From contig JAITBP010000013.1 in NCBI GenBank assembly GCA_031283585.1, positions 1 through 32,000 on the forward strand: 32,000 nucleotides of DNA, given 5' to 3'. Origin of the DNA: Puniceicoccales bacterium. GTDB taxonomy: Bacteria > Verrucomicrobiota > Verrucomicrobiia > Opitutales > LL51. The translations under genes and the position numbers were made by a program. Shown here one piece after another: positions 1-9,450 of this stretch (its first letter is position 1; the number at the start of each line of letters is the position of its first letter). The notes under the pieces were generated by a model that saw nothing but the letters and a program-made list of their open reading frames with translations, had not been told where the DNA came from and did no database searches.

Positions 1-1576
1 TACTGGGTTCCTCAAGTGGACTGGAATATTTGGTCATTAGGTCGCAGATTATCCAATGGATATCGTGCAATTTGATGCTATCGTTGGTTGTTTTCAAAAT
101 AATTCCATTGTGGATGTCATTGCCTTTTTGAAATATCACCAGAGGTACTTCATCCATGCTTACTCCATCGTAATCAGTATAGGACCAGTGGTCACCGTAG
201 AGAACCAGGACGGTGTCCTTTGGCATTTTTTCGTATAATTTACAAAAGCATTGATCGACGTAGTTTATGCTATTGATGTATTTTTTCCATAGGGCATCGT
301 CTTCGCCTTCTGGATATACATTTTTCGATGGAGTCATATCAAAATCACAGTGACTCGTGAGGGTTATTATGAAAATGAAATTGTGGTCATTTTTGCTAGT
401 ATTTAACCTGTCTATGGCGAAATTAAACACATCGCCATCGAGTATTCCCATCTTGGACCCCTTGAATCCAATCGATTCGAAATCTTCCAAAAAGTATGTT
501 TCCTGGAATCCCATTTTTGTGTAGGGAATTTTCCTTGAGAAAAAGCTACCAGTGCAGCCGTGATATGATACGGATTTGAATTTTTTAAACTTCCTTGGCA
601 AAGTTTCAAATTTGGAGAAATCCAGTTTAGTGTGCAATGCATAGGTGTAGATTTTTGGTGATTCAGCTCCGGTCAAACACTGGTAGTCTGAGTTTGCCGA
701 CCCGCCATGGTGTCTCGAGAAGATTTTTTTTACAATGGCTGACTTTGTTACTGAATTAAGGAAAGGCATTACTTCTTTACCATTGGATTCCATGCCTAGG
801 ACCGAGTAATCCAGGCTTTCAACCTGTACCACAATGATGTTTTTGAATGGCTTTATTGGTGCATATAGCTGTGTGTCATTTCGACGGTCATTGTATAATT
901 TTTGTGTTGTTAGGCAAAAATTTTGGCCATTATTTAACATATTTAATCCACTGATGGTAAAAGCGTTCAAGTAGCCATAGGCTTCAGGTATCCTGTCGTC
1001 CATATCTAGTACATATAAGAAATTGTGCTGAAGAGTGGATTGTAATGATATTTGAATAAGAAATGACAAAAAAATCAGCGATAGAAGGATAAGAAATGGA
1101 TTGGTTTTGTAATTATTATTTTTTAACCTGCTGATTATAAAGAACTTTATAAGCAATGATAGGGTTAACATCAGGAATACCGTTGGACTTATCAATGGGA
1201 TGGCGACGTCAGATATTTTTATAAACTCGTGGATTTGAGAAATTATGACGGTCAGTGTTATTGGTACTTTGAAATATCCATAGTAGGTTAGGAATACGAG
1301 TGATAGAATAAATTCAAGTATACTAACAATATATAATAGAACTCGGCATTTCCCAAAAAACACTGAGACAAGAAAAGTCGAGAAGGATAGATTTATAAGG
1401 GCTCTTAGCAACTTTGTTGCCAGTGCGTTTGTAATATTGTTATGAAGCGAAGGAATGGTCAATTCTTGAACCACAAATGCTTCCAGAGCAAAGCTAAGGA
1501 TTAAAGAGATTGGGTAAATATGACGATGGATGAAATTTATCAGCCACTTATAAGCCGTTTGTGCATAATTGTTCAT
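1..1576 (-). CDS. LtaS/sulfatase-family (alkaline-phosphatase superfamily) membrane transferase; 3' end runs off the window
   Basis: Absent from the ORF track because there is no stop codon in the window. My hand translation of the minus strand is open from ATG 1576 to base 1. An alternative ATG lies at 1591, and the in-frame stop upstream is at 1610-1612. The N-terminal ~170 aa are hydrophobic (multi-TM). They are followed by NIIVVQVESLDY, SRHHGGSANSDYQCLTGAE and VLVLYGDHWS, motifs typical of LtaS/OpgB/EptA-type enzymes. Confidence 0.7.
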   Translation of the reverse strand, partial: MNNYAQTAYKWLINFIHRHIYPISLILSFALEAFVVQELTIPSLHNNITNALATKLLRALINLSFSTFLVSVFFGKCRVLLYIVSILEFILSLVFLTYYGYFKVPITLTVIISQIHEFIKISDVAIPLISPTVFLMLTLSLLIKFFIISRLKNNNYKTNPFLILLSLIFLSFLIQISLQSTLQHNFLYVLDMDDRIPEAYGYLNAFTISGLNMLNNGQNFCLTTQKLYNDRRNDTQLYAPIKPFKNIIVVQVESLDYSVLGMESNGKEVMPFLNSVTKSAIVKKIFSRHHGGSANSDYQCLTGAESPKIYTYALHTKLDFSKFETLPRKFKKFKSVSYHGCTGSFFSRKIPYTKMGFQETYFLEDFESIGFKGSKMGILDGDVFNFAIDRLNTSKNDHNFIFIITLTSHCDFDMTPSKNVYPEGEDDALWKKYINSINYVDQCFCKLYEKMPKDTVLVLYGDHWSYTDYDGVSMDEVPLVIFQKGNDIHNGIILKTTNDSIKLHDIHWIICDLMTKYSSPLEEPS

Positions 1577-2741
1577 ATCTGACAATGGCATTGGCCAATG
1601 TGTATTTTTTCAAGAACTCCCTATGGCCATTGGCTGATAGCTGTTCCAATTTTTCTCTATTATAGTACAATTCCAGGATTGCTGTTGCTGTATCTTGTAT
1701 TCCAGTGGTGACAATTCCGCAGTTACTTTCGGTAATGGTCTGTTCAATTTCAGAACCCTTTGGTGCCATTGCAATTACAGCCCGGCCCGCGGCTAAGATT
1801 CCATACAGTTTACTTGGTACGGCATAGCCGAGCATGCTTTCTCGAAGCGAAACAAGGCCGACGTGACAGGCCGCAAGGGTTTCGGCCAGATGGGCTTTGG
1901 ATTGCTGGGGCAGCCAGGTTATGTTTTTCATTCTGGTGGATAATTTTTGGGCATTCTTTTTGCGCTTCCCACTGCCAATGAACAGGAAGTGGATTTGCTC
2001 ATAGCTTGCCAATGTTTTTGCCACGAGAACGAATGAGTCCATATCGTGCAGCAATCCCATGTTGCCTGAATACTGGACCACGAATTTTGACCTGAGATTT
2101 AACCTATTGATTAGGTAGGTATCTTCGAAGTTTATTAGCTTTCCGTTGGTTTGGCTCCAGTGTGGGAAATAATAAACGGTTTCACCTAGGCCATAGGAGG
2201 TTTTCAGCACGTTTTCCATGTCTCGACCAAGAACAAATATTCTATCTGCATGATAGAATGCCTTTTTATTCAAATACTTCCATACTTTTATTAAAAAAAT
2301 ATTTGGTTTAAAAATTTTTGATCCTGTCAATATTTCTGGGTATAGGTCGAGAATGAACAGGCTGTATTTGAACTTGAATAATTTTTGTAATATATAGATC
2401 CAGGCCGGTAGAAATGGTGGTGCTGTAAGCGCTATCACCTTGTTATGGCGGTACTTGAACATATGGGTCCCGAGGCACAGCGAAAACGCAAGGTAATGAT
2501 ATAGTCTGCATAGTATATTTTTCTTCGATGGCTTTTTTGGTCCAATGCGGGTGATTTTTACTTTCCCAAGTGGCTGAGTTTCATCGAATTTGCATTCCGA
2601 GGCCATGGGATATCCGCATATCACAGAAATATGGTGACCTTTTTCGGTGAGATGGTAGATCAGATCGGAAAATAATTGGCTTGTGGCCTGGGTGTCGGGC
2701 CAAAAATCCTTGCAGACCAACACTATCTCAGCTGGACACAT
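1548..2741 (-). CDS. Glycosyltransferase family 4 (GT-B fold, WcaI-like)
   Basis: The ORF track gives 1548-2777 from a TTG start. The internal ATG at 2741 gives MCPAEIVLVCKDFWPDTQATSQLFSDLIYHLTEKGHHISVI, matching the usual GT4/WcaI N-terminus. The C-terminal half has a GT1/GT4-like layout (YSGNMGLLHD..., GLVSLRE...PSKLYGILAAGR). Confidence 0.75.
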   Translation of the reverse strand: MCPAEIVLVCKDFWPDTQATSQLFSDLIYHLTEKGHHISVICGYPMASECKFDETQPLGKVKITRIGPKKPSKKNILCRLYHYLAFSLCLGTHMFKYRHNKVIALTAPPFLPAWIYILQKLFKFKYSLFILDLYPEILTGSKIFKPNIFLIKVWKYLNKKAFYHADRIFVLGRDMENVLKTSYGLGETVYYFPHWSQTNGKLINFEDTYLINRLNLRSKFVVQYSGNMGLLHDMDSFVLVAKTLASYEQIHFLFIGSGKRKKNAQKLSTRMKNITWLPQQSKAHLAETLAACHVGLVSLRESMLGYAVPSKLYGILAAGRAVIAMAPKGSEIEQTITESNCGIVTTGIQDTATAILELYYNREKLEQLSANGHREFLKKYTLANAIVRYEQLCTNGL

Positions 2742-2821
2742 GGTGTTATAATATAACCATTTTTTGACAATTTTCAAAATTTTTCGATAGTAATTTCCTG
2801 GTTATTCCCTAGTGGTATGCC

Positions 2822-3421
2822 ATGGCCCTAGAAGATGCATACCTTGTGATAGACACGGCAACGCAAAAAAGTTTTGTTTTCGTCGTTGTCAGATGGCAGG
2901 TTGTGGATTCATTTGTCTGCGATGAACCAATGATGATTTTCGATTTTTTGAAATCTGTGCTGGAGAAGTATTTTTTTAGCAAAATGGTCTTTTGCGAAGG
3001 TCCTGGCCGGGTGGTTGGCCTCCGCATAGCTATGCTATTTTTGCGAGCTTATTCATCTCTGATGGAAGGAGTTAGTACGTTTTCATATACAAGTTTGGGC
3101 TTTGCAATGGAGACAAATGGTGCCTATGATAGGGTGGTATGTCCCAAAAGTATGGGTGATTTTTTTACCATGACAAAGGGTTCCGATGTTATTGATTCTA
3201 TTAGTGTTGAGCAGGTTAAGCTTTTGGACCCGGAGCGAACTATTTTTCTGCAAACAAAACCTGTTGTGCCGAAGCATATGCCAGGGTTTAGTCTTGCCAA
3301 GTATGATCCGATTGGTGGTTATATCACCGCGTTACGGTCGACGAGGTCCAATTGCATGGCTCGCAGTCTGTTCGATTCAGCCGGAAAATTTACCACCTGG
3401 AGCGGCGAGAGACATCGCTGA
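2822..3421 (+). CDS. Divergent TsaB/YeaZ-like protein (t6A biosynthesis accessory, Peptidase_M22 N-terminal fold), tentative
   Basis: ATG start. LVIDTAT near the N-terminus and FCEGPGRVVGLRIAMLFLRA resemble the TsaB motifs AIDTS and GPGSFTGLRIG. The rest is poorly conserved. Confidence 0.45.
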   Translation: MALEDAYLVIDTATQKSFVFVVVRWQVVDSFVCDEPMMIFDFLKSVLEKYFFSKMVFCEGPGRVVGLRIAMLFLRAYSSLMEGVSTFSYTSLGFAMETNGAYDRVVCPKSMGDFFTMTKGSDVIDSISVEQVKLLDPERTIFLQTKPVVPKHMPGFSLAKYDPIGGYITALRSTRSNCMARSLFDSAGKFTTWSGERHR

Positions 3422-3433
3422 TTTTGATAAACT

Positions 3434-4120
3434 ATGAGCGACGATGATATCATTAGGGTCAATGCGATTTCTCGGCGTTTTGGGACCGGAGCCGAGGCCC
3501 TATCGGTCATCGGTGGTGTGAGTTTTAATGTACTGCGCGGCAAGAGCATGAGTATTATCGGTGAGTCCGGTTGCGGGAAAACCACATTGCTGAGTCTGGT
3601 GGCTGGACTGGATAGGCCAGATGAGGGAACCATAATCTGGAACGGCTTTGATATAACCAGCTTGTCAGATAGTAAGTTAGCCATTTTTAGGTCAAAATTT
3701 TTGGGATTTATATTCCAGGACTTCTGTCTAATCAATGAGATCAGCGTATTGGCCAATGTGCTGTTACCTTCTAGATTGGCCGGAAAGAACTTGCCTAGTG
3801 CTAAAATCCGGGCCCTGGAGCTATTGGAAATACTAGGAATGGCAAATAAATGTTATAGTTTGCCGAGTTTATTGTCCGGCGGCGAACGCCAACGGGTGGC
3901 CATAGCAAGGGCTATGATAAACAATCCAGCGGTGATTGTGGCCGATGAGCCCACCGGTAATTTGGATGAAAAAACCGGAGCCTCTATCATGAAAATGATC
4001 TTGGATTTATGTGATTCAGACGGGGTTTCTCTGATATTGGTCACCCACAATGATAGGTTTGCAAAAATGACTAACAGGATTTATAGATTGGGCAATGGGT
4101 CATTGGCAATTGTTAGTTGA
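3434..4120 (+). CDS. ABC transporter ATP-binding protein, LolD/MacB/FtsE-type
   Basis: Walker A GESGCGKTT, Q-loop region, signature LSGGERQRVAIARA, Walker B VIVADEPTGNLD and H-loop LVTHN. The ~228-aa size is typical of the LolD/MacB clade. No permease gene is adjacent. Confidence 0.8.
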   Translation: MSDDDIIRVNAISRRFGTGAEALSVIGGVSFNVLRGKSMSIIGESGCGKTTLLSLVAGLDRPDEGTIIWNGFDITSLSDSKLAIFRSKFLGFIFQDFCLINEISVLANVLLPSRLAGKNLPSAKIRALELLEILGMANKCYSLPSLLSGGERQRVAIARAMINNPAVIVADEPTGNLDEKTGASIMKMILDLCDSDGVSLILVTHNDRFAKMTNRIYRLGNGSLAIVS

Positions 4121-4582
4121 TTTAAAATGGGTCTTTATGGCGTAATAAATCACGCCGATGCATATGGCGCTGTCTGCTACGTTAAACGTTGGCCATCTAT
4201 ATACTTGCAGATTTACGTCTATGAAATCTGTGACGCATCCAAACACCAGTCTATCGATGATATTGCCGATGATGCCTCCACATATGGCACCAAAGACGTA
4301 TTGATTGGTAAAAAGTTCCAGCCTTTTTCTTGCTAAAAAAATTGCCACCAAAGCCAGGCATCCAAGCATACCAAGAGCCCGGGCGTTTTTACTGAACATT
4401 CCCCAGGCGGCACCGGTATTAAACGATGGTACGAAATATATCCAATTCTCCAAGATAGTGATAGGAAACGCACATTGGCCAAAACATTGGGTCCTGGCTA
4501 GGTATTTAGTGGTTTGATCTAAGGTACATAAAATGAGCAATGTCGTCCAGAATTTGCAAAAATTATTCCTCTGTGGTTTCAT
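4100..4582 (-). CDS. lspA: Lipoprotein signal peptidase (signal peptidase II)
   Basis: NTGAAWGMF, GGIIGNIIDRL and FNVADSAICIGV are LspA hallmark motifs. The ORF extends to ATG 4630. ATGs at 4588 and 4582 give a length (~160 aa) like E. coli LspA. All candidate starts overlap the 3' end of the upstream gene. The 3' end overlaps the convergent ABC ATPase gene by 21 nt. Confidence 0.85.
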   Translation of the reverse strand: MKPQRNNFCKFWTTLLILCTLDQTTKYLARTQCFGQCAFPITILENWIYFVPSFNTGAAWGMFSKNARALGMLGCLALVAIFLARKRLELFTNQYVFGAICGGIIGNIIDRLVFGCVTDFIDVNLQVYRWPTFNVADSAICIGVIYYAIKTHFKSTNNCQ

Positions 4583-5306
4583 TATCATAAAGATTAAATC
4601 CACCATCGATGTCTTCTGCAAATGCTCCATTGTACTGTATTTTTTCTTTCACTGCAATTTGCCGTTCATGTTCCTTTTTCCCTTCAACCGAATATCTTGT
4701 AAAGGGGAAAATCGCCAACCTTTCGTCTGATATGGGTTCGCCGGTTATTTCGCAGATGCCGAATGCATTGTTTTCTATTCTGTCCAAGGCTGCGTCAATT
4801 TCGTGTAAAGCCTCGATGCCCGGTGGTAGCATCGTAAAAGCAAACTCTGGATTGAATCCACCATTTTTCCGTAATAGTTTGCTTGGAATTTCATTATTAT
4901 TCAATTTATGTTGTATTATTTCTTTGAGTATCAACAGGTTATCATAATGGATCTTTAGTTTTGCCGGCACATTTTTGGCTTTTTTATCTTCGGGTTTGCT
5001 TTTTTGTGTCGAAGGATTGAAGCCCAATATATCTGCGATGCCGGCGGCGGACACAACGATGTTTTTGCTTTCTTTCCTGATTTTTTCCACAATTTTTTGT
5101 TTATTCTGTACCTTTACATTGTTGACCGTTCCGGTACCTTCCTTGGATCTGTTTTGTATAATGTCCATCACATCCTCCATCGAAAAATAGTTGGACCCAC
5201 GGTTATCGTGTTTGATTATAGAACTGCGTCGGTTCTTAACCATCTCGATAATAGCATCACGGTTTACGCCTCTAGACTTTTTTGGTGAAAATTTTTTGTT
5301 AGCCAT
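4563..5306 (-). CDS. DksA/TraR-family protein, divergent, with a long Lys-rich N-terminal extension
   Basis: The C-terminal IEALHEIDAALDRIENNAFGICEITGEPISDERLAIFPFTRYSVEGKKEHE aligns by eye with E. coli DksA ...[29 protein letters not shown]. Only 1 of the 4 zinc-finger Cys residues is retained. Confidence 0.55.
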   Translation of the reverse strand: MANKKFSPKKSRGVNRDAIIEMVKNRRSSIIKHDNRGSNYFSMEDVMDIIQNRSKEGTGTVNNVKVQNKQKIVEKIRKESKNIVVSAAGIADILGFNPSTQKSKPEDKKAKNVPAKLKIHYDNLLILKEIIQHKLNNNEIPSKLLRKNGGFNPEFAFTMLPPGIEALHEIDAALDRIENNAFGICEITGEPISDERLAIFPFTRYSVEGKKEHERQIAVKEKIQYNGAFAEDIDGGFNLYDNETTEE

Positions 5307-5322
5307 AATAGAAAATTATAGG

Positions 5323-8127
5323 TTAAAATTCTTCCATGTATTTATCCTTAAGTGCTTTTAGGCAACGCTCAGACACCCTGCCAAACCTACCAGCATATAC
5401 AAACTTTGCGACTCTCCTCCAGCTTCTTGGACATCTCTCGAGCTTACTTGGTTCTGCCTTTACAGAAAACACATCACTTTCTTCCAAATATACTTCTGAA
5501 ACGATGAAATATTCTTCCAATTCATCAGTATGTTTTTGAAGCAATTCGAAATTCCAACCATTGCAATATATACTGACCTTTGCATCCAGGGATTGTCCTA
5601 TTTTTTTTTCTTTTCTGAGCAACTCTAGCTGCTCATTAACCCTATCTCGGATTTGCATTATGGAGTCAACCTCGGCGGATTCATCGGAAAAATCCAGCCA
5701 ATCATCACATTTTGGCCAGTCGGCAAGATGTATGGATATGTCGGAAAATTCGCAACTATTTATCATAAAACTCAAGGCCTCGTCGGTGGTAAACATAAGA
5801 ATTGGTGCTAATAATTTCAATAACGAATTTAGTACGTAATGAATAGCTGTTTGAGAAGACCTTCTGGTGGACCAACTTGGACCATGAGTATAGAGTCTAT
5901 CTTTCAGGATATCGTGGTACTTGGCGGACAATTCTATCGAGCAAAAATTGTTGATTAGTTGGTAGACTTTGTGAAAATTGTAGTCATTGTAACATTCGGT
6001 ACATTGCTCTATTAGAATCCTAGTTTTATGCATGATCCATTTGTCAATCGATGTCATATCTTTTTGGTCGACAGCATGTTTTGGTGCATCGAAATCGTAA
6101 AGATTTCCTATTTGAAACCTTATGGTGTTCCTCAGGGATCGGTAGCTGCTGATAACATTGGTAAATATGTCATCGGATAATGGCACATCATTTCTAAAAT
6201 CTTCGGAGGCAATCCATAGCCGCAGAATATCCGTGCCAAATTTATTAACATAGTCGTCTGCCGTTTGTGGTTTACCATCACTTTTAGAGATTTTTTTCTT
6301 GTCTTCACCAACGACGAATCCGTGGGTTAGGACTTCCTTATAGGGGGCGCAGCCGCCATTGACAACCACACTGGTAAGCAGCGAAGATTGGAACCAACCT
6401 CGATGTTGGTCGCTGCCTTCCAAGTACATATCGGATGGAAAGGAGAGAACATCTCTGTTGTGAAGCGCCGCTCTGTGGCTCACACCGGAATCTATCCATA
6501 CGTCCAGTGTATCGGTGCTTTTGATCAATTGTTTACCCTGCCATGGCGGCGGTAGATCAATCCCGGATAGAATTTCTTCTGTCGAGGATTCAAACCAAAA
6601 GTTCGATCCATATTTGGATATTTTTTCGGCCAGGGCCCGGATTAGCTTGGCATCTAGCAATGAGTTGCCGGTTTCATCAAAAAATACTGGTATGGGGATT
6701 CCCCAGGTTCTTTGTCGGCTTATGCACCAGTCTGGCCGTGATGTCACTGCACCGATGATACGATTTTCACCGTAGCTTGGTATCCATTTTACGGTCTTTA
6801 TGGCTTTCAATGCCATTTCTTTTACCCGGCCGTCGACTTCGATGAACCATTGGTCCATGGCTCTGAATATCACTGGTGTTTTTGACCTCCAGCAGAACGG
6901 GTATTGATGCTCGACAATATGGAATCCAAGCAGTGCGTTGGCAGCCCTGAGTTTTTCGATGACGGCGTCATTTGCTTGGCACTTGCCATCAATATCTAGA
7001 ACGCTTAGGCCTACAAGATCCGAAGGGATTTGCCCATCATCCACATAGCAGCCATCGTCATCCAATGGACTATAAACATCAATTCCGTACTTTAGGCCGG
7101 TCACATAGTCTTCCAATCCATGGCCAGGAGCAGTATGAACACAGCCTGTTCCTGCATCATCCTTGACATAATCTGCCAGAATCACTTTGCTGTCTCTTTC
7201 TATCAACGGATGTTTTGCTACCACACCTTCGAGGCCTCTGCCGGGCAGTGTGAGGATTTTTTTGAAATTTTTTATTTTTATGTCACAGGCTGATGCGAAT
7301 TGATCAACCAATTTTTCAGCAATTATAAATGTTTCATCGTCCTTGGTTAGAGCCAGGTAATTAAGATCTGGATGTACAGCTATGGCCATATTGGACGGTA
7401 TGGTCCAGGGCGTTGTTGTCCAAATCACCACATAGGAGTTGCTTGGCAATGCTAACCTTTGGGTACATTGGTCGCTGACTTTAAATTTAACGTAAATAGA
7501 TGGGCTTTTGTGATCTTTGTATTCTATTTCTGCCTCGGCCAGAGCTGTTTTACATGGAATGGACCAATATACCGGTTTCTTTTTTCTATATACAAGCCCA
7601 TTTTCGACGAAGTCTGCAAAGCAATTCAGGACAACAGATTCGTAGTCCGGATCCATGGTTTTGTATTCATTTTCCCAGTCAGCCAATATGCCTAGCCGGA
7701 TGAATTGCCTGCGCTGCTTTTCTATAAACGATTTAGAAAAATTCGCACATTCCCGGCGGAGATGTACAATATCGAGACTGCGGTTTTCATCTTTTAATTT
7801 TTTACTGACTTTGTGTTCGATTGGTAAGCCATGGCAATCCCAGCCTGGAATATATGGAGTACTAAACCCGTTCATCGATTTGTATCGTAGGATGATATCC
7901 TTGAGTATCTTATTCAATGCTGTACCTATGTGCACGTCGCCATTGGTAAACGGTGGTCCATCGTGGAGAATAAACCTTTGCCCCTGGGCATTCTTTTTTT
8001 GAATTTTATTGTATAAATCCATGTTTTCCCAATGAGCTATTCTAGCCGGTTCTCGTTTGGTAAGATCCGCTTTCATCGGAAATTTCGTGACCGGCAAATT
8101 TAATGTATCTTTTAATTCCGTTGACAT
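5323..8127 (-). CDS. ileS: Isoleucine--tRNA ligase (type 1)
   Basis: 934 aa. HIGH-type motif (PFTNGDVHIGTALNK), KMSKS-type motif (KKISKSDG), a CP1 editing region and a C-terminal zinc-knuckle-like tail. Confidence 0.97.
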   Translation of the reverse strand: MSTELKDTLNLPVTKFPMKADLTKREPARIAHWENMDLYNKIQKKNAQGQRFILHDGPPFTNGDVHIGTALNKILKDIILRYKSMNGFSTPYIPGWDCHGLPIEHKVSKKLKDENRSLDIVHLRRECANFSKSFIEKQRRQFIRLGILADWENEYKTMDPDYESVVLNCFADFVENGLVYRKKKPVYWSIPCKTALAEAEIEYKDHKSPSIYVKFKVSDQCTQRLALPSNSYVVIWTTTPWTIPSNMAIAVHPDLNYLALTKDDETFIIAEKLVDQFASACDIKIKNFKKILTLPGRGLEGVVAKHPLIERDSKVILADYVKDDAGTGCVHTAPGHGLEDYVTGLKYGIDVYSPLDDDGCYVDDGQIPSDLVGLSVLDIDGKCQANDAVIEKLRAANALLGFHIVEHQYPFCWRSKTPVIFRAMDQWFIEVDGRVKEMALKAIKTVKWIPSYGENRIIGAVTSRPDWCISRQRTWGIPIPVFFDETGNSLLDAKLIRALAEKISKYGSNFWFESSTEEILSGIDLPPPWQGKQLIKSTDTLDVWIDSGVSHRAALHNRDVLSFPSDMYLEGSDQHRGWFQSSLLTSVVVNGGCAPYKEVLTHGFVVGEDKKKISKSDGKPQTADDYVNKFGTDILRLWIASEDFRNDVPLSDDIFTNVISSYRSLRNTIRFQIGNLYDFDAPKHAVDQKDMTSIDKWIMHKTRILIEQCTECYNDYNFHKVYQLINNFCSIELSAKYHDILKDRLYTHGPSWSTRRSSQTAIHYVLNSLLKLLAPILMFTTDEALSFMINSCEFSDISIHLADWPKCDDWLDFSDESAEVDSIMQIRDRVNEQLELLRKEKKIGQSLDAKVSIYCNGWNFELLQKHTDELEEYFIVSEVYLEESDVFSVKAEPSKLERCPRSWRRVAKFVYAGRFGRVSERCLKALKDKYMEEF

Positions 8128-8229
8128 TTTTATAAAATCTCGCGCAGTCTTTAGTTCTTAACTAAACTGTCAATAAGAAGAATTCCAAACCGTGATAATG
8201 TTATATATTAGACTAGGTAACAAGGTGAT

Positions 8230-9450
8230 CTAATTTGTCATTGTTTCCATGCAACGCTTTGCTACGAAAAATTTCATGTGATCCTTCAGGTTATGTATGC
8301 GCAGGTAATCTGCAATGCCGTCAACGAAGTTTGAAACGGCGATGGTTTCGATATCACGGTCACTGGCCTGGGCACTGGAAAAAAGCGTCATGAACGATTT
8401 CCGTGAGTGGCCATACAAAATGTCACAGCCAAATTCTTTGATCCTAGAAAGATTTTTTGTGATTTCTACGTTCTGTAATCTGGTTTTGCCGAACCCTATA
8501 CCCGGATCTATAATGATGTTTTCTCGGTTCAATCCGAGGTTTTCCAGATAGGCCAGTCGCTGGGCGAACCAGTCCACATCCATATGCTGAAGCATGGTTA
8601 CAAATTTAGCGCCACTGGCTGCGATTAGCTTCAATGTCTCATCGCTAAGCCTAGATTTTTGATCATTTATCCATTTAAATTTGTAATTTTTCATCAAAAC
8701 TTTCAACACATCATCCTGGTAAGAATCCAAGCCCAGGCAGTCAATATAACCACAGCGTTCCAGTATTTCAGAAAGTCGCGAAATCTCTTCCGAGGCAGAA
8801 ACTTCTTTGTACCCAGGCCTTGTTGATTGGGCACCTAGTTCTATTACCTGGGCACCGTTGTTATATAGGTCATTTATGTGAGCTTCGGCCCTATCCACGG
8901 CCAGGAAATTTCCACCATCGGAAAAGGAATCCGGCGTTACATTTACAATCGCCACCATTTTTGGCTCAAGAACAAAATGGTTCAAAGCCATATATTGGTC
9001 CGAATAGGTTTTTATATTTTGTGGAATTTCGTAACCGATCTCATTTAGTAGAAACTGAATAAAATCCCGATTTTTGATTTGCCTGTGCGGAATAGACAAC
9101 TTTTCAGTGTTTATATGTTCATCGTTATAAAAAAGTATGTCTATGTCTATGATTCTTGGAGACCAAACTTCAGCATTTAGGTTACGTCCTAATTTGGCTT
9201 CGATGGTTTTTATTTTATCAAGAAGTTCCGTTGGTGGACAGTGAGAATTCCCTGCCACTATCATATTTAAATATGGGATATTCCATTCGGGCGGAGCACC
9301 TTCTGGTAATATTGCCTCGGTTTCTATTATATGTGATGTTGTTTTAACATCAAAAAATTTCGATAATTCCGCCAGAGCCGATCTGAAATTTTCGAATCGG
9401 TTACCCAGATTGCTGCCCAATGCTAGACATATCATGCCATGGTTTCCCAT
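8230..9450 (-). CDS. folKP: Bifunctional HPPK (FolK) / dihydropteroate synthase (FolP)
   Basis: The N-terminal ICLALGSNLGNR...RIIDIDILFY is HPPK-like. The C-terminal VAIVNVTPDSFSDGG...DPGIGFGKT is DHPS-like. The ORF track starts at TTG 9465. ATGs at 9450 or 9435 are more plausible. Confidence 0.85.
   Translation of the reverse strand: MGNHGMICLALGSNLGNRFENFRSALAELSKFFDVKTTSHIIETEAILPEGAPPEWNIPYLNMIVAGNSHCPPTELLDKIKTIEAKLGRNLNAEVWSPRIIDIDILFYNDEHINTEKLSIPHRQIKNRDFIQFLLNEIGYEIPQNIKTYSDQYMALNHFVLEPKMVAIVNVTPDSFSDGGNFLAVDRAEAHINDLYNNGAQVIELGAQSTRPGYKEVSASEEISRLSEILERCGYIDCLGLDSYQDDVLKVLMKNYKFKWINDQKSRLSDETLKLIAASGAKFVTMLQHMDVDWFAQRLAYLENLGLNRENIIIDPGIGFGKTRLQNVEITKNLSRIKEFGCDILYGHSRKSFMTLFSSAQASDRDIETIAVSNFVDGIADYLRIHNLKDHMKFFVAKRCMETMTN

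Noticed and set aside
1-1547. 1.5 kb with no long ORF in the supplied track. I considered a pseudogene, non-coding DNA or stop-codon reassignment.
   Set aside because: Hand translation of the minus strand gives one uninterrupted frame from ATG 1576 to base 1 with clear LtaS/sulfatase motifs. The ORF was simply not reported because it has no stop codon inside the window. All other genes read normally with the standard code.
3319-3756. 145-aa antisense ORF opposite the LolD-like ATPase. Similar antisense or out-of-frame ORFs occur elsewhere (e.g. 1760-1981, 4609-4947, 7655-8002, 12698-13199, 19516-20045, 23453-23925, 29174-30489).
   Set aside because: Each is fully embedded in a longer ORF with strong family motifs on the other strand or frame, and none has recognisable motifs of its own. 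I treat them as shadow ORFs.
4100-4120. 21-nt convergent overlap of the LolD-like and lspA 3' ends, considered as a possible annotation error or antisense regulation.
   Set aside because: Both reading frames carry family motifs close to their C-termini. Short convergent overlaps are common in compact genomes, so there is nothing further to support a special mechanism.
8150-8166. tttagtt-ctt-aactaaa hairpin between folKP and ileS, considered as a terminator or a leader/attenuator for ileS.
   Set aside because: It is a 7-bp all-A/T-rich stem with a 3-nt loop, which is too weak to call. The 102-bp spacer is too short for a T-box leader.
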